A stretch of DNA of 49,063 nt, counting the filler, from Dirinaria sp. TL-2023a (Eukaryota): assembly GCA_051941275.1 (NCBI GenBank). It is 2 parts of 2 records of this genome, joined end to end, with 100 filler letters (N's around TTAATTAATTAA, not from the genome) between each part and the next. Parts side by side here need not be neighbours in the genome. Positions count along the whole stretch, not along the records: positions 1 to 24,500 come from JAVEBF010000185.1; 1 more part is not named here. One strand, given 5' to 3'. The translations under genes and the position numbers were made by a program. Position 1 is the first letter of the stretch, and each line of letters starts with the position of its first letter. The notes below the pieces were generated by a model. The model had not been told where the DNA came from. It did not search any database and saw nothing but the letters and a program-made list of their open reading frames with translations. This document shows positions 12,431-24,600 of the stretch, in pieces.

Positions 12431-14262
12431 TCAGCTCTGCATGGTGTCTCCCTGAAAGTGCAACTCCTCAAGAAGACGCTCATCTACCCATCTCTCAAGG
12501 CCATCAGCCCTATCAGACATAATCTCCATTTCAGCCTTTACTCCTAACATAAGCATAACCTGCAGCTCTCTCCTCCATTCCTTCTCCGCCGCACCTTCGC
12601 TCAGCTGCGGATTCTCTAGTATCTTCATAGCTTTCTTTCTATCGCGATACGAAAGCCGTAGCAATCCTTCGCTCGCGTCGTCAACACGCCTTTCAAGAAG
12701 CGCGCAGCTTCGAAGACCCAGCCATTCTACACTCGAAACGTTCAAGGCGGCGTTTTCGTGCGAGAGCGTGCGAGATCCATGTTTGAAATTCCCTATGATC
12801 GCTATGCCATCAGGATCAAAATCGGCAAGTGCGAAGACGCGTGGAGGCAGAGCGTCTGATGTTGCAAGAAGTCGTAGGAGCTTGCGAGTCGCAATGTCAG
12901 GATAGCCCTTGGCCTGATATCGTCAGCAAGGACGCCCCTTTGCTGTATTTGGTGCGAAACGGAACCGTGAGTATGATTCCTTTCCCAGCTCGAGACTTCC
13001 TGTGAAATTTAGTTGATGCCAGAGTACGGAAGCTCGACTGACGCATCTCAGCATGACTCATGAGAGGCGTAGATTTATACCTCTTTCTCAACAACCAGTA
13101 TCCAGGCAGCGCCTTCCGCATCAGCATATCCTGCATTCTGGATATCTCCGATAAGAGTTGCCTAGAGGCCTTCAACTGCTGTGGAGGCTAAACGAGGTGA
13201 TCGATCCATACCTCTGCGTCATGCTCATGCCGAGTCACATGTCTGTTCTCAGTGATCAAGCTGAAGCCTCCGACGACGAGCCCTTTGGCCGCTGCAGTCT
13301 TCATTCGAGAGCGTTAGTAATAAGAGACACAAGAATGCTTGGAAAGACACCGCGGACAACATTGAGAGCATCCCGCCGAACCCCAATAGTAAACGCCAAG
13401 ATATCGATGGAGCGATCGACGATTTGTTGAGACTTGAAAAGTGACGGATCCTTATAATACAAGTTCCTAATGGCTAGTGGATCAGCGCACAAATCAATGG
13501 AAATAGGAGAGGAAAAATCCATCACGACATAAGATTGTCACACCAATGCTTCATGCAGATGATAACAGGGCATCATCTAGTAGGAGGCGTACCTTTTCGA
13601 GACTACGACATTCTCAACCAAAGCCTGATGCACGAGCTCGAGGATACGGAGCCAGACCGCTAGTGCTATCTTCAGCATATTCCGGGCATTGGCACTCTAA
13701 AGAAGGAGTACTGCGTACTAAACCTCCAGGCCTCTTGTGCGTTGCGTCCAGGAAATCTGATTTCGCTGACAGCAACTCGTCCAGTGGCGAGTAACCTCTT
13801 GATCTCAATCGAGAGCTCCTCCTGTTTCCCTAGGCTGTCTCCTATCTTGAAGAACATACTCTCTATGGCAGCAATCACAGCGGGAGCCCCGCTTCGGGTC
13901 ATGGATGCTTGTGTAGTGAATGGATCGCGTCCCAGCCTTGAAATTTCCAGGCTGGAAGGTTCCGACAGACCATCAATCGTGTTGCCACTGGTGTTAACGG
14001 CCGCGAAGGGAGGTGGAGTGGATTTTAGATTATTTTGGCTAGGCGTATCACGCCGTAGAGATGGTAGAGGTACGAAAGGCTCATTATGATATTGGAATGC
14101 AGTGGACCGAGCACCGAGACCATTCGCTGTGTCAATTTCTGCAAAGCGGGACGAGGTACTCGCGGCAGCGAAAGCGTCGACTGCATTGTTCGGGCTTGCA
14201 TGGTTGGAATTTGAGCACGATAGATCCTGCTCTGAAGGATTGAGAATCTTCCAAAGGTCCAT
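12431..14262 (-). CDS. SPO11: Meiotic double-strand-break transesterase Spo11 (Topo VI-A)
   Basis: Spliced frame gives SKRNLYYKDP (catalytic Tyr), TAAAKGL, WILVVEKE, AKGYPDIATR, LADFDPDG (TOPRIM DxD), KAEME; multiple introns. Confidence 0.9.
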
Positions 14263-14722
14263 TTTGAACTGCTAACACCTGCTTCAAAGAGATCACACCT
14301 GATCACAAAGGTCGGGGGATAAGCGGTACTGGGTCCTAATGCGCGAAAGAGCCTTTTAGAACGTGGGGAAGGGGGAAGATGCTCTGGATTTCGGATAATT
14401 TGGGCTTTCAGGAAGTTGGGTAGTGTGGAACGTCCGGATCAATCAATCACCCATCTCATTATCACGAACCTAAAAGTTTGTCCGTCGAAATCCTGTAGAA
14501 TCTCCATTTAAAGGGGGTGCGAAACTTGTGAAAGAATTCGTAGGTTCAAAGGCAGCCTACCTTATGAGCACAAGTACGTTAGGAAACATGGCCTACGCTA
14601 CTACAATTCTCAATCTATCCTGGACGTTTCTTGGTGATGGTTTCCTTTTTTTTTAGCAGTCCTCTAGATCCATAACGCTTCACAGATGGTCTCTGCCCAT
14701 GCTGGCATTGATGGCAGGGGCG

Positions 14723-15573
14723 TCATGAAGCATCCAATTCTGGATAATGACCTGAGAATAGATTTCAGCCCTGCATGTCTGTATAGTAGCGATTGACTTA
14801 CGGTAGATACCCATGCTAAATTCTTGTCGCCGATCGCTCTCCAAATACTTCTTGATATTTTCGCGATTTCGCACTCTTTCCACCAGATTGAATACCCTAT
14901 CGAACTCGCCGCTCTTTTTCAACTTCTCGATTGCCTTCGGGAACGCAAAGCTCACACCGTCCATGGTATGAAACAGTACCAAATCTGCGTAGGTTAACTT
15001 GCCCCCATAGAGCCACTCGCCGCCCTGGCTAGCATCGCTTTTAAGCACCCGCTCAAAGTAGCCCACGAACTTAGGCAGCCGATTCTTAATGTAGTCGGTG
15101 GCTCTCTTCTTCGCTTCCTCCTTCTGATTTTCATAATATTCCCCAACAGCTATTGGATGATGGGTCTCGTGCGGCTCATTTGAGAGGCCATCTAAGGCAG
15201 TCAAAGCCAGCTGGTTGACTTCGTAAATTGCATTCTCATCCTGCTCACCGTCCGGCACCAAATCTAGCCGCGGGCCAAGATAGAGTAAAATATTGGGCAA
15301 TTGACTGAGAAGCAAATCACCATGACGCAGTAGGGGTGGTGCCAAAACGGGTAAATTATTCCCCTTCCCTAAGTTTGAAGGATTCAACTGGGCGGTCAGG
15401 GTCTTCATACCATCTTTCGTTTGGTTGCACGTATCTATGTAAGGAGTGCCCGTCTCCTCGAAGCAGAGGCGGATGGGCTCGCCACGCCCGGGGATGCCCG
15501 GCCAGTAGAGCAACTCATAAGGTATTTCGGAGCTGGACGAGGTTTTTTGGCGCTTGCTCTCACGTGTCGACAT
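14723..15573 (-). CDS. Glutathione S-transferase
   Basis: YELLYWPGIPGRGEPIRL, APPLLRHGDLLLSQLPNILLYL, LTYADLVLF; 3' intron (~14752-14800) gives the ending IYRHYPELDAS*; likely start MSTRESKRQK. Confidence 0.88.
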
Positions 15574-16164
15574 ATTGAAAGATGGGAATGGGATATTGCT
15601 TGTTCTCGTGGAAGAAGATTGAAATACAAAACTGCGTGCGGAAGTCGCTAACCGAGTAACGCTTGACCTAGATGACAAAAAGTCGACGAAATACTTTCTT
15701 CCGGAGAGCATGTAATCGAAAAGGTACTTGGGACTTGAGAAGTTGTCACAGAGTAAGAAGCGCTTGGATTTAGTACGAGACAAGAACAGATGACAGAATA
15801 ATTCAGAGATTACATGTAATTTACGTGTATCGTTTGATGCAATTCTGTACCTATCAAGGCACTGAAGCTTATCGGGTTAAGGTATCTCCGATGACGAAAC
15901 GGGTATGGAGGTATAAGTTTCTAAAGGATGGACAGACATTGAAAGAATTGAGACCACTTTCATCGCTGGACGTCGATTTTATGAATAGGTAAGCTACGGT
16001 AGCCATTCGTGAAACCCTAGTCATCTCGCCCTTGCTCACTCGCTACTTCAGGCTCCAGGTGGAGTATCTGCAGTGGGAGGTCCAATGACAGGTAGTACCC
16101 TTCCTTGCCACATAGCCGGTCCCACGGGTACTACATGATCTGGGCCGGCTCAAACGCTCCTGCG

Positions 16165-18416
16165 TCACTTGCCTGCTTTGCCGGTGGGTATATTGAACAG
16201 CACCGCGGGTTTGCCATGCTGAAACGCCCGATCGACTCGAAAGTAGCCTAGTCTCTCGAATTGGATGATATCGTCCTCCGCTAGCTCTGCCACATTGCAA
16301 TCTGCGAGAGCGGTCGTCCTGAACTCGGTTTGCTTCGTCAGAAAATCATCAACATTATCTTCCTCCTCGAGCTTGTCCTTTGTAATCAGGTAATCGAAGT
16401 CTACCAGCTCGACGGGTATCAGCTCCTGACCTTCCTTCGACAACCACGTAATTTTTTGCTTCGTCTTCTTGACATCACCTTGAAGATGCAGTTCGAGCTC
16501 GAGCCCTGTGACAGTGCTGCGATGAAGCGGATTCAATGAATGCGAAATCTTGCGGACAATGGCATTTCCCCAGTTCATCAGTGTGATCTCTTCATCCTGA
16601 GCAAAAGCCTGTGCATCGGATTGAGAGATCAAGATACTTGGACTGTAGGCGACCTTTTTGCTCCCGAGCTCAGGGTTCTTTCCATGCTTCGGTTTGTTCT
16701 CAGTATAAGCCGCAACTCTTGCCCCTTTCACCGTGGCAGTAACAACATTATCCTCATGGACAGCAGTATGGCGTGGAGCTACGGGATCAATGTACTTCTT
16801 GTTGGTCGCCCAGAATAGCGTCCAGTCTAAGTTGACAATGTTGCGGCTAGGCCCTTGCTTAAGGATGAATTCTCGCAGAGCCGCTATAGTCATGCCCCTT
16901 CGCCTTATGCCACGAATCGTAGGAAATCTTGGATCATCCCAGCCCCAGACAATACCTTGATCGACAAATTTGGTAAGCTTGCGCTTGGAAAGAAGTGTGC
17001 GTATGAAATTCATGCGAGCAAAGTCCCAAATGTGGACCTTGCGGAGGTTCAAAGCATCAAGCATCCACTCGTACTGTGGGTTGCGGTCTCTGTACTCGAT
17101 AGTCCTTAATGCGTGCGTTACACCCTCCATAGAGTCTACAATTGGGCAACAAAAATCGTAGGTAGGATATACCTTCCACTTGTTGCCTGTTCGATGGTGC
17201 GGCAAAGGGTTGCATCGGTATATGACGGGGTCTCGCATGGCTTTGTTCGGGTTGTCAACGGACATCTTGGCTCTGATGCACCATTTGATGCCTTCTTCAG
17301 AGCCTTCCTTCATCGCCTCGAAATGTGCGAGATTAGTCTCAACGGTAGCGTCGCGGCGCTTGGACGCTATACCATTCATTCTCTCGCTGCGCATGACCTC
17401 TAGCTCGGTATCGTCGGCGTAAGCTTTACCTGCTTTGAGCATAGTGACACAATATTGGTAGAGCTCTTCGAAGTAGTCACTTGTGTAGCTAGTCTTATCC
17501 GGGTGGATTCCCATTAATGCGAGATCCTCAACAATGGCATCCTGGAATTCTTCTCTTTCTTTTGAAGGATTAGTATCATCAAAACGGCATAAAAGTGTTC
17601 CACCATATTTCTCGTGGGCGAAATAATCGTTTAATAAAGCAGCCTTCGCATGACCTATGTGCAGATAACCCCTGATATCGAATCAGCAGCTGCAATTCAC
17701 TGCCAACCCTTAGGGTGGCATACGACGGCTCAGGAGGAAAGCGAGTGATGACACCTTTCTCAGTGTCTGGCAGGGCAATTTCGAAACTTCCACCCTCCTT
17801 GCTCTTTGCAGCTTTCTTCTCCTGGGCGTGAGCATTCAACGCGTGCACGGCTTCCGCGATCCAAGGATGGGTCTCCTCGATGAATTTAAACCATCGGCTG
17901 ATATTTAGCATAGCACCTTTCTTGATCGCCGCGTTCGCAATCTTATTACCTCTGACAGCGCCCCATATTGTTAAGTCTACAGCCGTAAGATTGTATCCTA
18001 CGATGTAAGACCTAAGCGTAAGATGCGAGTCTAACTCTAACATAGGCTCTTCAACGGTTTTGAAATCCGCGGGAAAGAAGGAAGATGTTCTTCCTATCCA
18101 CTCTTTGACCTTACAAATATCAGCGCTACTCGTGATAGTCATAATCAACGACACGCACCAGTTCCGGGTGCTTTCCTTGCAAGAAGGGAAAAAAGGAAAG
18201 TAGCTCGCTTATAATGTTCTCGCAGCTGTAGACTGGTGGGAGCTTCCCTCGGATGAGCTCCGCAGATGCCATGTCACCAGATTTGAGGATGTGAACATCT
18301 TCAAAATTGATTTTGACGGAGGCATTCGAGTCAGATTCGTTCGCATAACTAGTCACAAGCAATACTGGTAAGGTAGAGGCCTGATTTGCTTGGGATGCAA
18401 TATTTAGAGTCGCCAT
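16165..18416 (-). CDS. GUS1: Cytoplasmic glutamyl-tRNA synthetase
   Basis: N-terminal GST-like domain, TRFPPEPS/GYLHIGH (HIGH), RFDDTNP, THALRT, LLSKRKL, WDDPRFPT, QFERLGYF; two introns. Confidence 0.95.
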
Positions 18417-18644
18417 GCTGTAAAAACAAAAATAGTTAGATCACACAGTATTGATCAAATTTCTATATTCCGAGCTCGACTCACGAATTGCTAAGGTAAT
18501 ATAATAAGGTATCCTGCAGTACCTGAAGTGTGAATTGAGTTGATAAAAGACTCGAAAGATTAGGGCTATGACACGGATCAATGTCGGTCCGACAATCCAG
18601 ACTCTCAGTCCGAGTGGTCCGAGAGTCGGGCCCGATTCCATACT

Positions 18645-19729
18645 ATGTTGCTTTCATATCCTGGCTCATGGTCAATGGCTTCCACCATATTCATTCCTCG
18701 TTTATGTATTCAAACCCAACTGCTAAGACATGTGCAGCCTTTTCAATTTTCGATAGCGCGGCCTGTTTCCCTATGCTTGCAGCGCCGCGCTGCATCCAAC
18801 AGTAGCAAACGGAACAGAAACAAAAGGGATCGGAACAAGCCCAAGAAGAAAAAGCAGCGTCCGGACTTTATTCAACATGATCTCAAAAAAGCCGAACAGT
18901 TTGCACTATGTGACGCCATGCGGTATGCCGCACCTCCGTAAATCCTGTCCATCAACTGCAATTCATGACCAGCGTAGGTACATTCGAGCCTTCGAGGTTG
19001 GCCAATCACCTACGTCCTCAAAATACGACCTCTCAGTTCGCCTTCGTTCGCCCAGGAACGGCCCCGTTGTCCGGAATCGTCTGCGTCTTCCCCATCCAGT
19101 GGACACCTCGATCCGTATTGCCGTCATCTGCCGCCCTGACTCTCGCGCAGCGGCGCAAGCTGCTAGAGCTGGCGCTTGCCTCGTCGGCGAAGACAACATT
19201 ATTGATGCGGTCAAAGACGGCCGTATAGAATTCGATCGATGTCTATGTCATATTGATAGCGTTTCTAAGTTGAATAAAGCTGGGCTGGGTAAAATTTTAG
19301 GACCAAGGGGCCTAATGCCAAGTGTTAAGCTTGGGACGGTAGTGAGGGATGTGAGCGGAAGCGTAAAGGCTATGGTGGGGGGAAGCGAGTATAGAGAAAA
19401 GCTCGCAGTGGTCAGGTTAGCAGTGGGTCAATTGGGATTCACGCCAGAAGAGATGCAGAGGAACATCAAGACCTTCATGGACGGCCTAAAGAAAGACCTC
19501 GCGCAAATGAGTGATCGGGTGGACAAACAGATACACGAAGTGGTAGGTAAAAACCGTGGCACTGCTCCAAGTGTGGACTAGGTTTCACAGCTGGATATCC
19601 CTGCATCCGAAACGAAAGGCTGACAGTGGGGTTTAGGTATTGAGCTCGACGAATTCGCCAGGTTTTAGTCTGAACGGCGAGGTTAGGGGCCCAAACTCTG
19701 TTTCTACACGGGATCTTGCTGTACTATAG
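18645..19729 (+). CDS. MRPL1: Mitochondrial ribosomal protein L1 (uL1m)
   Basis: QFALCDAM/RYIRAFEVG, RLPHPV, LGKILGPRGLMPS, last exon VLSSTNSPGFSLNG; start may be 18675. Confidence 0.88.
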
Positions 19730-19961
19730 CATAGGATGGCGTCAAGTAACATGGTTATCTTGATTTATTGCTTCTAATACTGTGACGGCTGATTCGAAAT
19801 TGAGCTGCATGCAATCGCTGCTACTGAAGACCGCCTCAAGAGTACCTAGTGTGTAGCTCGCCATGACGATGATGGAACAAGATTGTTACGGAGTATCGAT
19901 GCGTAATCGACATGATTACACATCAGGCCTAGTTATACGCATAATCGAGTAGACTCACCGG

Positions 19962-21365
19962 TCATGCATGAGCTCCAAATCTCTTATCAAAGTATTTTAA
20001 AGTCTGCAAGATACTAGCAGCTTCAATATCAAACGCGGTCATGTTACCGTCCGTCGGCACAGTCGTGAGCTTGGGCATCCAAGATTCTGGATCTTCTTTG
20101 GCGCGATTGTATCCTGGGTGGCGGCTGAGCGTTGTGTATGCATCTGCACAAGAGAAGGAAACGCTAGCGGTTGCAGTATTGTTCGATTCCGTCTCTCGTG
20201 AGGATTCGTTCTCTCTGGAGAAGGGCAAGTCGACAGTATCTCTCGAAACCCTCAGACGGTGGTCAGGCCGAGAGAGAGCACGCGTAGCGGCGAGCGACTT
20301 GCAAAAAAACGTGCTGTTTTCATCGGCCCGACACTGTGTGCAAGTTCCCGGGCCATTGGCACATGGATTTGGTAAAGTATCCGAGATTAATTTCAGGGCG
20401 GCTGAAGTTGGAGGTTCCTTCAATTCGTTACAATTTCGCTGCTCAGCAGCTAGTTCTGCGCAAATGCAAGCCGTTCCCTCCTGACAGAAGCCACACGGAT
20501 CTGGCGCAGCTGCAGCTGATGCTGACGACGTAGAAGTCGTTAATGCAGGCTGTGGCTTAGCAGCAAACCGAGCAGTGAAGTCGATCTCATCGCCCTCTTC
20601 TTCTGGCTTAGCGTGACTAACCTTTTGGCGAGGTTTTCCATTTCCTGTAGTGGTTGTGGGAGAATGTGGACGCTTTGTCGACCAAGTTGAAGATTCTTCG
20701 GCAATATTCGGCATCTCGAAAGCTTTGTCGATGCATTCGCATCGGGTATCAATCCTGCACTTCCCACAGCCGAAGGCTGACTCATCTTTGTGGACAGCTT
20801 GTGCAGATGGTCCTGCGTTTGAAACAGTAACAGCCTCGTTAGGAGGCCGTGGTCTTGAAGGCAATGGCACGGTGTCATCACTCCCATACTGCAACTGCTT
20901 CATCATCGCGACTGTTTTCTCACTGATATTTCGCCCCCGCTTCGCTTCGCCAAGCTCCGTGTCTAAAGCTTGACATTTTGCACTCCAGGAAACGGCCAGG
21001 CGTTTGCAACGCTCAACATCTCCTTCCAACTGTTTGATGCGAGCATTGAGTTCGTCCTTTTCTTTCTCATACTCTTCTGCCATGTGATCCATCTGTTCTT
21101 CCAGCTCGCCCACGCGTGCTGCCCTGCGCTCTCTGAAAGCTCGCTGTGCCTCCCTGTTCTGGGCTTTACGCTTTGTCGGAGGGGTATCTTCAGCAGGCTT
21201 TCGGCCTGGCTTGGGTCGAGGAGGAACAACCCATTGCTTATTTGTGAAGATTGACGGTATTTGTAACGATCCTGGAGTTGGTGCTAAGGGCTTATTCATC
21301 GTGGATGAGGATAGTGGTGCTAATTCCTGGGGTGCGGGGGAGGTAGAGATTTTTAAAGCCGACAT
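19962..21365 (-). CDS. hapX: bZIP iron-homeostasis regulator HapX
   Basis: Hap4-like KQWVVPPRPKPGRKP, bZIP KRKAQNREAQRAFRERR, Cys-rich regions CGKCRIDTRCEC, CGFCQEGTACIC, CANGPGTCTQC. Confidence 0.92.
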   Translation of the reverse strand: MSALKISTSPAPQELAPLSSSTMNKPLAPTPGSLQIPSIFTNKQWVVPPRPKPGRKPAEDTPPTKRKAQNREAQRAFRERRAARVGELEEQMDHMAEEYEKEKDELNARIKQLEGDVERCKRLAVSWSAKCQALDTELGEAKRGRNISEKTVAMMKQLQYGSDDTVPLPSRPRPPNEAVTVSNAGPSAQAVHKDESAFGCGKCRIDTRCECIDKAFEMPNIAEESSTWSTKRPHSPTTTTGNGKPRQKVSHAKPEEEGDEIDFTARFAAKPQPALTTSTSSASAAAAPDPCGFCQEGTACICAELAAEQRNCNELKEPPTSAALKLISDTLPNPCANGPGTCTQCRADENSTFFCKSLAATRALSRPDHRLRVSRDTVDLPFSRENESSRETESNNTATASVSFSCADAYTTLSRHPGYNRAKEDPESWMPKLTTVPTDGNMTAFDIEAASILQTLKYFDKRFGAHA

Positions 21366-21898
21366 CTCTGGCAAGGCACTGGAGTCAGTTTCAGAGTCCG
21401 TGCTTCATAAGGTTCTGGCAGGCTTGAAGCAGGCAAGGTCGAAGCATGTATGCCGGTCAAGAAGTTGTGTTGATAGGACAATGGCGACAGATGTGGTGTG
21501 CGGGGACTTGAATAGCATGAAGTAGGTAACAAGATCATCGAAATCAAGGTCCCTAAAGTATCTTGAGGTAAAAGTTGGGGTCGTAAAAGAAACCGCTAAG
21601 ATCCGATATCGCCCCGCAGCGACTTGGCTGACACGTGATTTGGTGAATTGGTGGGGGTCCCTCGGCTTTGATCGAGCGTGACTGATTCTAGTCCGCAAAG
21701 GTAAGATCTTACATGAGGTACTACTGCATGCCACATGAATCATACATGACTGGACTGGAGTTGACCATCTTAAGGTAAGATACCTTACTTACCCTCATGT
21801 AAGTAAGTACGTAAGCAGTGTTATTACTTTACACTGCTTTACTTGTCACAGAGAGAGAAGACCCTGGGGTGTTTGGCTTGTAAATGGTTTGACCTCGA

Positions 21899-22792
21899 CT
21901 ACGTCTTCAATGCCTTAAGCACTTTAACAGCCTCCTCAGCCTCGTCCATACCTCGATATATGCTCAATATTCTCATTATCCTTGCCTCGTCTTTTACACC
22001 CATCGACTGCTTCAATGCACTATTCAAATCCAGCAGTACAGTATACTTCAACCTCATCATCCGCTCCTGTTGCTTTATTATGAAAGGGTGATCGGGACCT
22101 ATCTTATCTGCCAATTTCTGGATGTAGAGAAACTGCTCAGAATGTCTTTGTAGCCGTGACGTGGGAATATTTGTAGCCCGTTCGTCCTCCGACTCGTCTT
22201 CGCTGTCACTAAGGTCCACGGACTCCCCATCTTCGGGCTCTTCTTCGGAGGATTTGCTCGGAACGATCATGAGCCTTTGCTCGAGCTTCTGTAACCTCTG
22301 ATCGATGTCCAGCAGCGTTCGACCAAGCTGTATCTCCTGCCGGATAGCTTTCCTTCTAGTGATGAACCCTTCTATTTCCTTCTTCCTCTCATCGACCTTA
22401 TCTTTCAGACCCTGGACCTCTCTTCTGAAGCCAAGGAAGCCCAAGCGCACTTCTTCGACCTTCTCCTCCCCGCCTTGCAGGCTACTCCCAAGCGAAAGGA
22501 AATCCTGGTAATTCTCATTTACGAGATCGAGCAACTCCTTGTTGAGGTCCTGGCTTCTCGAGCGGAGCTCGGCACGGAGATCTTCCAGAGTCTGATGGCG
22601 GTTACGAAGACTGGAAAGAAAGGTGGTAGGCTCGAAATCCGGGGTGAGAAAGGAGGCCCTCGTAAGAGGTTTGGGGTAGGGTAGATTGTCGTCTCCAGAA
22701 TCTGACGAATCAGAGCCACCGAACTGATATTGAGTTTAATGATCAATTCCAATAGATGCCAGTAGAGCTACACTTACATAGAATTTGTTCAT
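21899..22792 (-). CDS. COG2: Conserved oligomeric Golgi complex subunit 2 (fungal short form)
   Basis: Micro-exon MNKFY, intron, then LPYPKPLTRASF..RHQTLEDLRAELR..LLDLVNENYQDFLSLG. Confidence 0.85.
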
Positions 22793-22984
22793 GATGTTCA
22801 CTAAGTCACGTAGTTAGAGGCAGTTGTGCTTTTGGCAGTAATTAATGCGGGCAGCGGGGGATATTTCCCTTTTGGGAACGCTAGTCACCGGGACGTTCAA
22901 TCTTCATCCTCATAATATGCTTTTGCAACTTAGGTCTCCACTTCAATTGTATCTGGGTCTGCACAAACTATACATCAATTCAAC

Positions 22985-24162
22985 ATGCCTTCGCCGCCCT
23001 ACCGCTCGCCTGCTGGCTCTCCACCTTACCCTAATCCGGCTGCACTTCCAAATGCCAATAAGCGGCCATCTCTCTCCTTGGCCGCCAATCCAGCCCCATC
23101 CAAGCGGCGAAAGTCTACCTTCCACTCTTCAGTATCAACACCTGGGGCGCTACATCCGCTACGGCAAACTTCGTTCCCACCGGAGGAATCCGTCTTCAGT
23201 GCCCGTAGCCCTAGCGCTGAGACTGATCTCACGGGGGTTACAGGTGGTAGGAGCAGCACCACTGCCGCATTGGGACCTAAGAAGAGAGGACGCAAAAGGA
23301 AAACCGCAGGAGGAAGTGTAAAGAGTGATGCGAAGGGCAAAACTGGAACCGTAGATGGAGCGAGTCTGAAAGAGGGGGATGAAGGGGAAGAGGAGGAGGA
23401 TGAAGACGAGGACCCCGAAGGCATGGTTGACGAAGGGGACAAAATTGACAAAGCCAAGGAGAGGGAGCGTCTCGCGTACGATCACTTGTGATTCAAGAGA
23501 CGAATACATCTACTAATGGATGTAGTGTGCTTGTCGGCGCTTTCAACCAGGATCAAGCTGATAGATATGACATGTATCGTCGAGTTAAGCTACGCAAAGA
23601 GACAGTTCGAAAGGTTTGTTCTACCCTAATACTCTGCGCAATGTAATCTGAAAAGACCTTCCAGATCGCGAACCAGACCCTCTCTCAGTCCGTTCCTCCG
23701 TCAGTCATCCTCACCATCAACGGCTTCACAAAGATTCTCGTTGCCACATTGACCGAACGAGCGCGGGAGGTCCAGGAACAATATGCCTGCCAACTTCCCA
23801 CTCCATCAGCCGACGAAGCGCGACGAGCGCAGACGCAGTCTCGTCCGGGTACCAGCTCGAGTACAGACATCAAGCTAGAGCCATCCTCGACGGACGACGT
23901 TGACGACCTCCTCGCTTCGCCTCATGCAACTCAGTCGACACAGGTTGCTTCACAGTCGACGCAAGCTACATCACAGGAGACCTTGGTCCCACCGCGTAAG
24001 AATGATCTAGGCCCGCTTCAGCCAGATCAATTCCGCGAGGCGTTCCGACGATATAAACGCGATGGCGAAGGAGGAAGCGTTGGCATGGGAGGAATCAGCT
24101 TGGGACTCGGGATAGGGGGAAGTGGAACGGCAAGGCTGAGCGGGAGAAGGCTGTTCAGATGA
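22985..24162 (+). CDS. TAF11: TFIID subunit Taf11
   Basis: HPLRQTSFPP, FNQDQADRYDMYRRVKLRKETVRK, IANQTLSQSVP..INGFTK, GPLQPDQFREAFRRYK; two introns. Confidence 0.9.
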
Positions 24163-24500
24163 GACGGTAATCAAGGTGTACGATGATCTCGATCACACGG
24201 CGCATACGAACTGGTCGATTCGACCGGCTTGTGGAATCAGATACAGGGATATCGGACTTCGGATACAGACCCTCATCTTGATCGTCTTTGATAGTTTTCA
24301 GTCCATCATATCATGAGCACACAGCAGAGATAGATTTGCAGGAGCAATCATCCGCCCAGACATGGGCTCCCTTCCAACGCCTTCGCTATGCGATCCGAAC
24401 CGTCCTATCCCATCCCAGATGCAAAACTTGTTTCTAGAGCTGGCGAAAATCTTTGTGATAGTCATCTCCTTCCTCTTCCGCGCCCAGCACCGCCGCCACC

Positions 24501-24600
24501 NNNNNNNNNNNNNNNNNNNNNNNNNNNNNNNNNNNNNNNNNNNNTTAATTAATTAANNNNNNNNNNNNNNNNNNNNNNNNNNNNNNNNNNNNNNNNNNNN
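24501..24600. other. Assembly gap with artificial TTAATTAATTAA spacer
   Basis: 100-nt block of N with TTAATTAATTAA at 24545-24556, which places stops in all six frames. Confidence 0.93.

Noticed and set aside
15574..15783. Long N-terminal extension of the GST ORF
   Set aside because: Begins at a non-ATG codon; the ATG at 15573 fits the family better
19962..21365. HapX as a member of the PKS cluster
   Set aside because: Separated by several housekeeping genes and an assembly gap
24362..24556. ORF MGSLPTPSL.. as the HD gene N-terminus
   Set aside because: No resemblance to the family, runs through Ns, and the opposite strand gives a more convincing C-terminus
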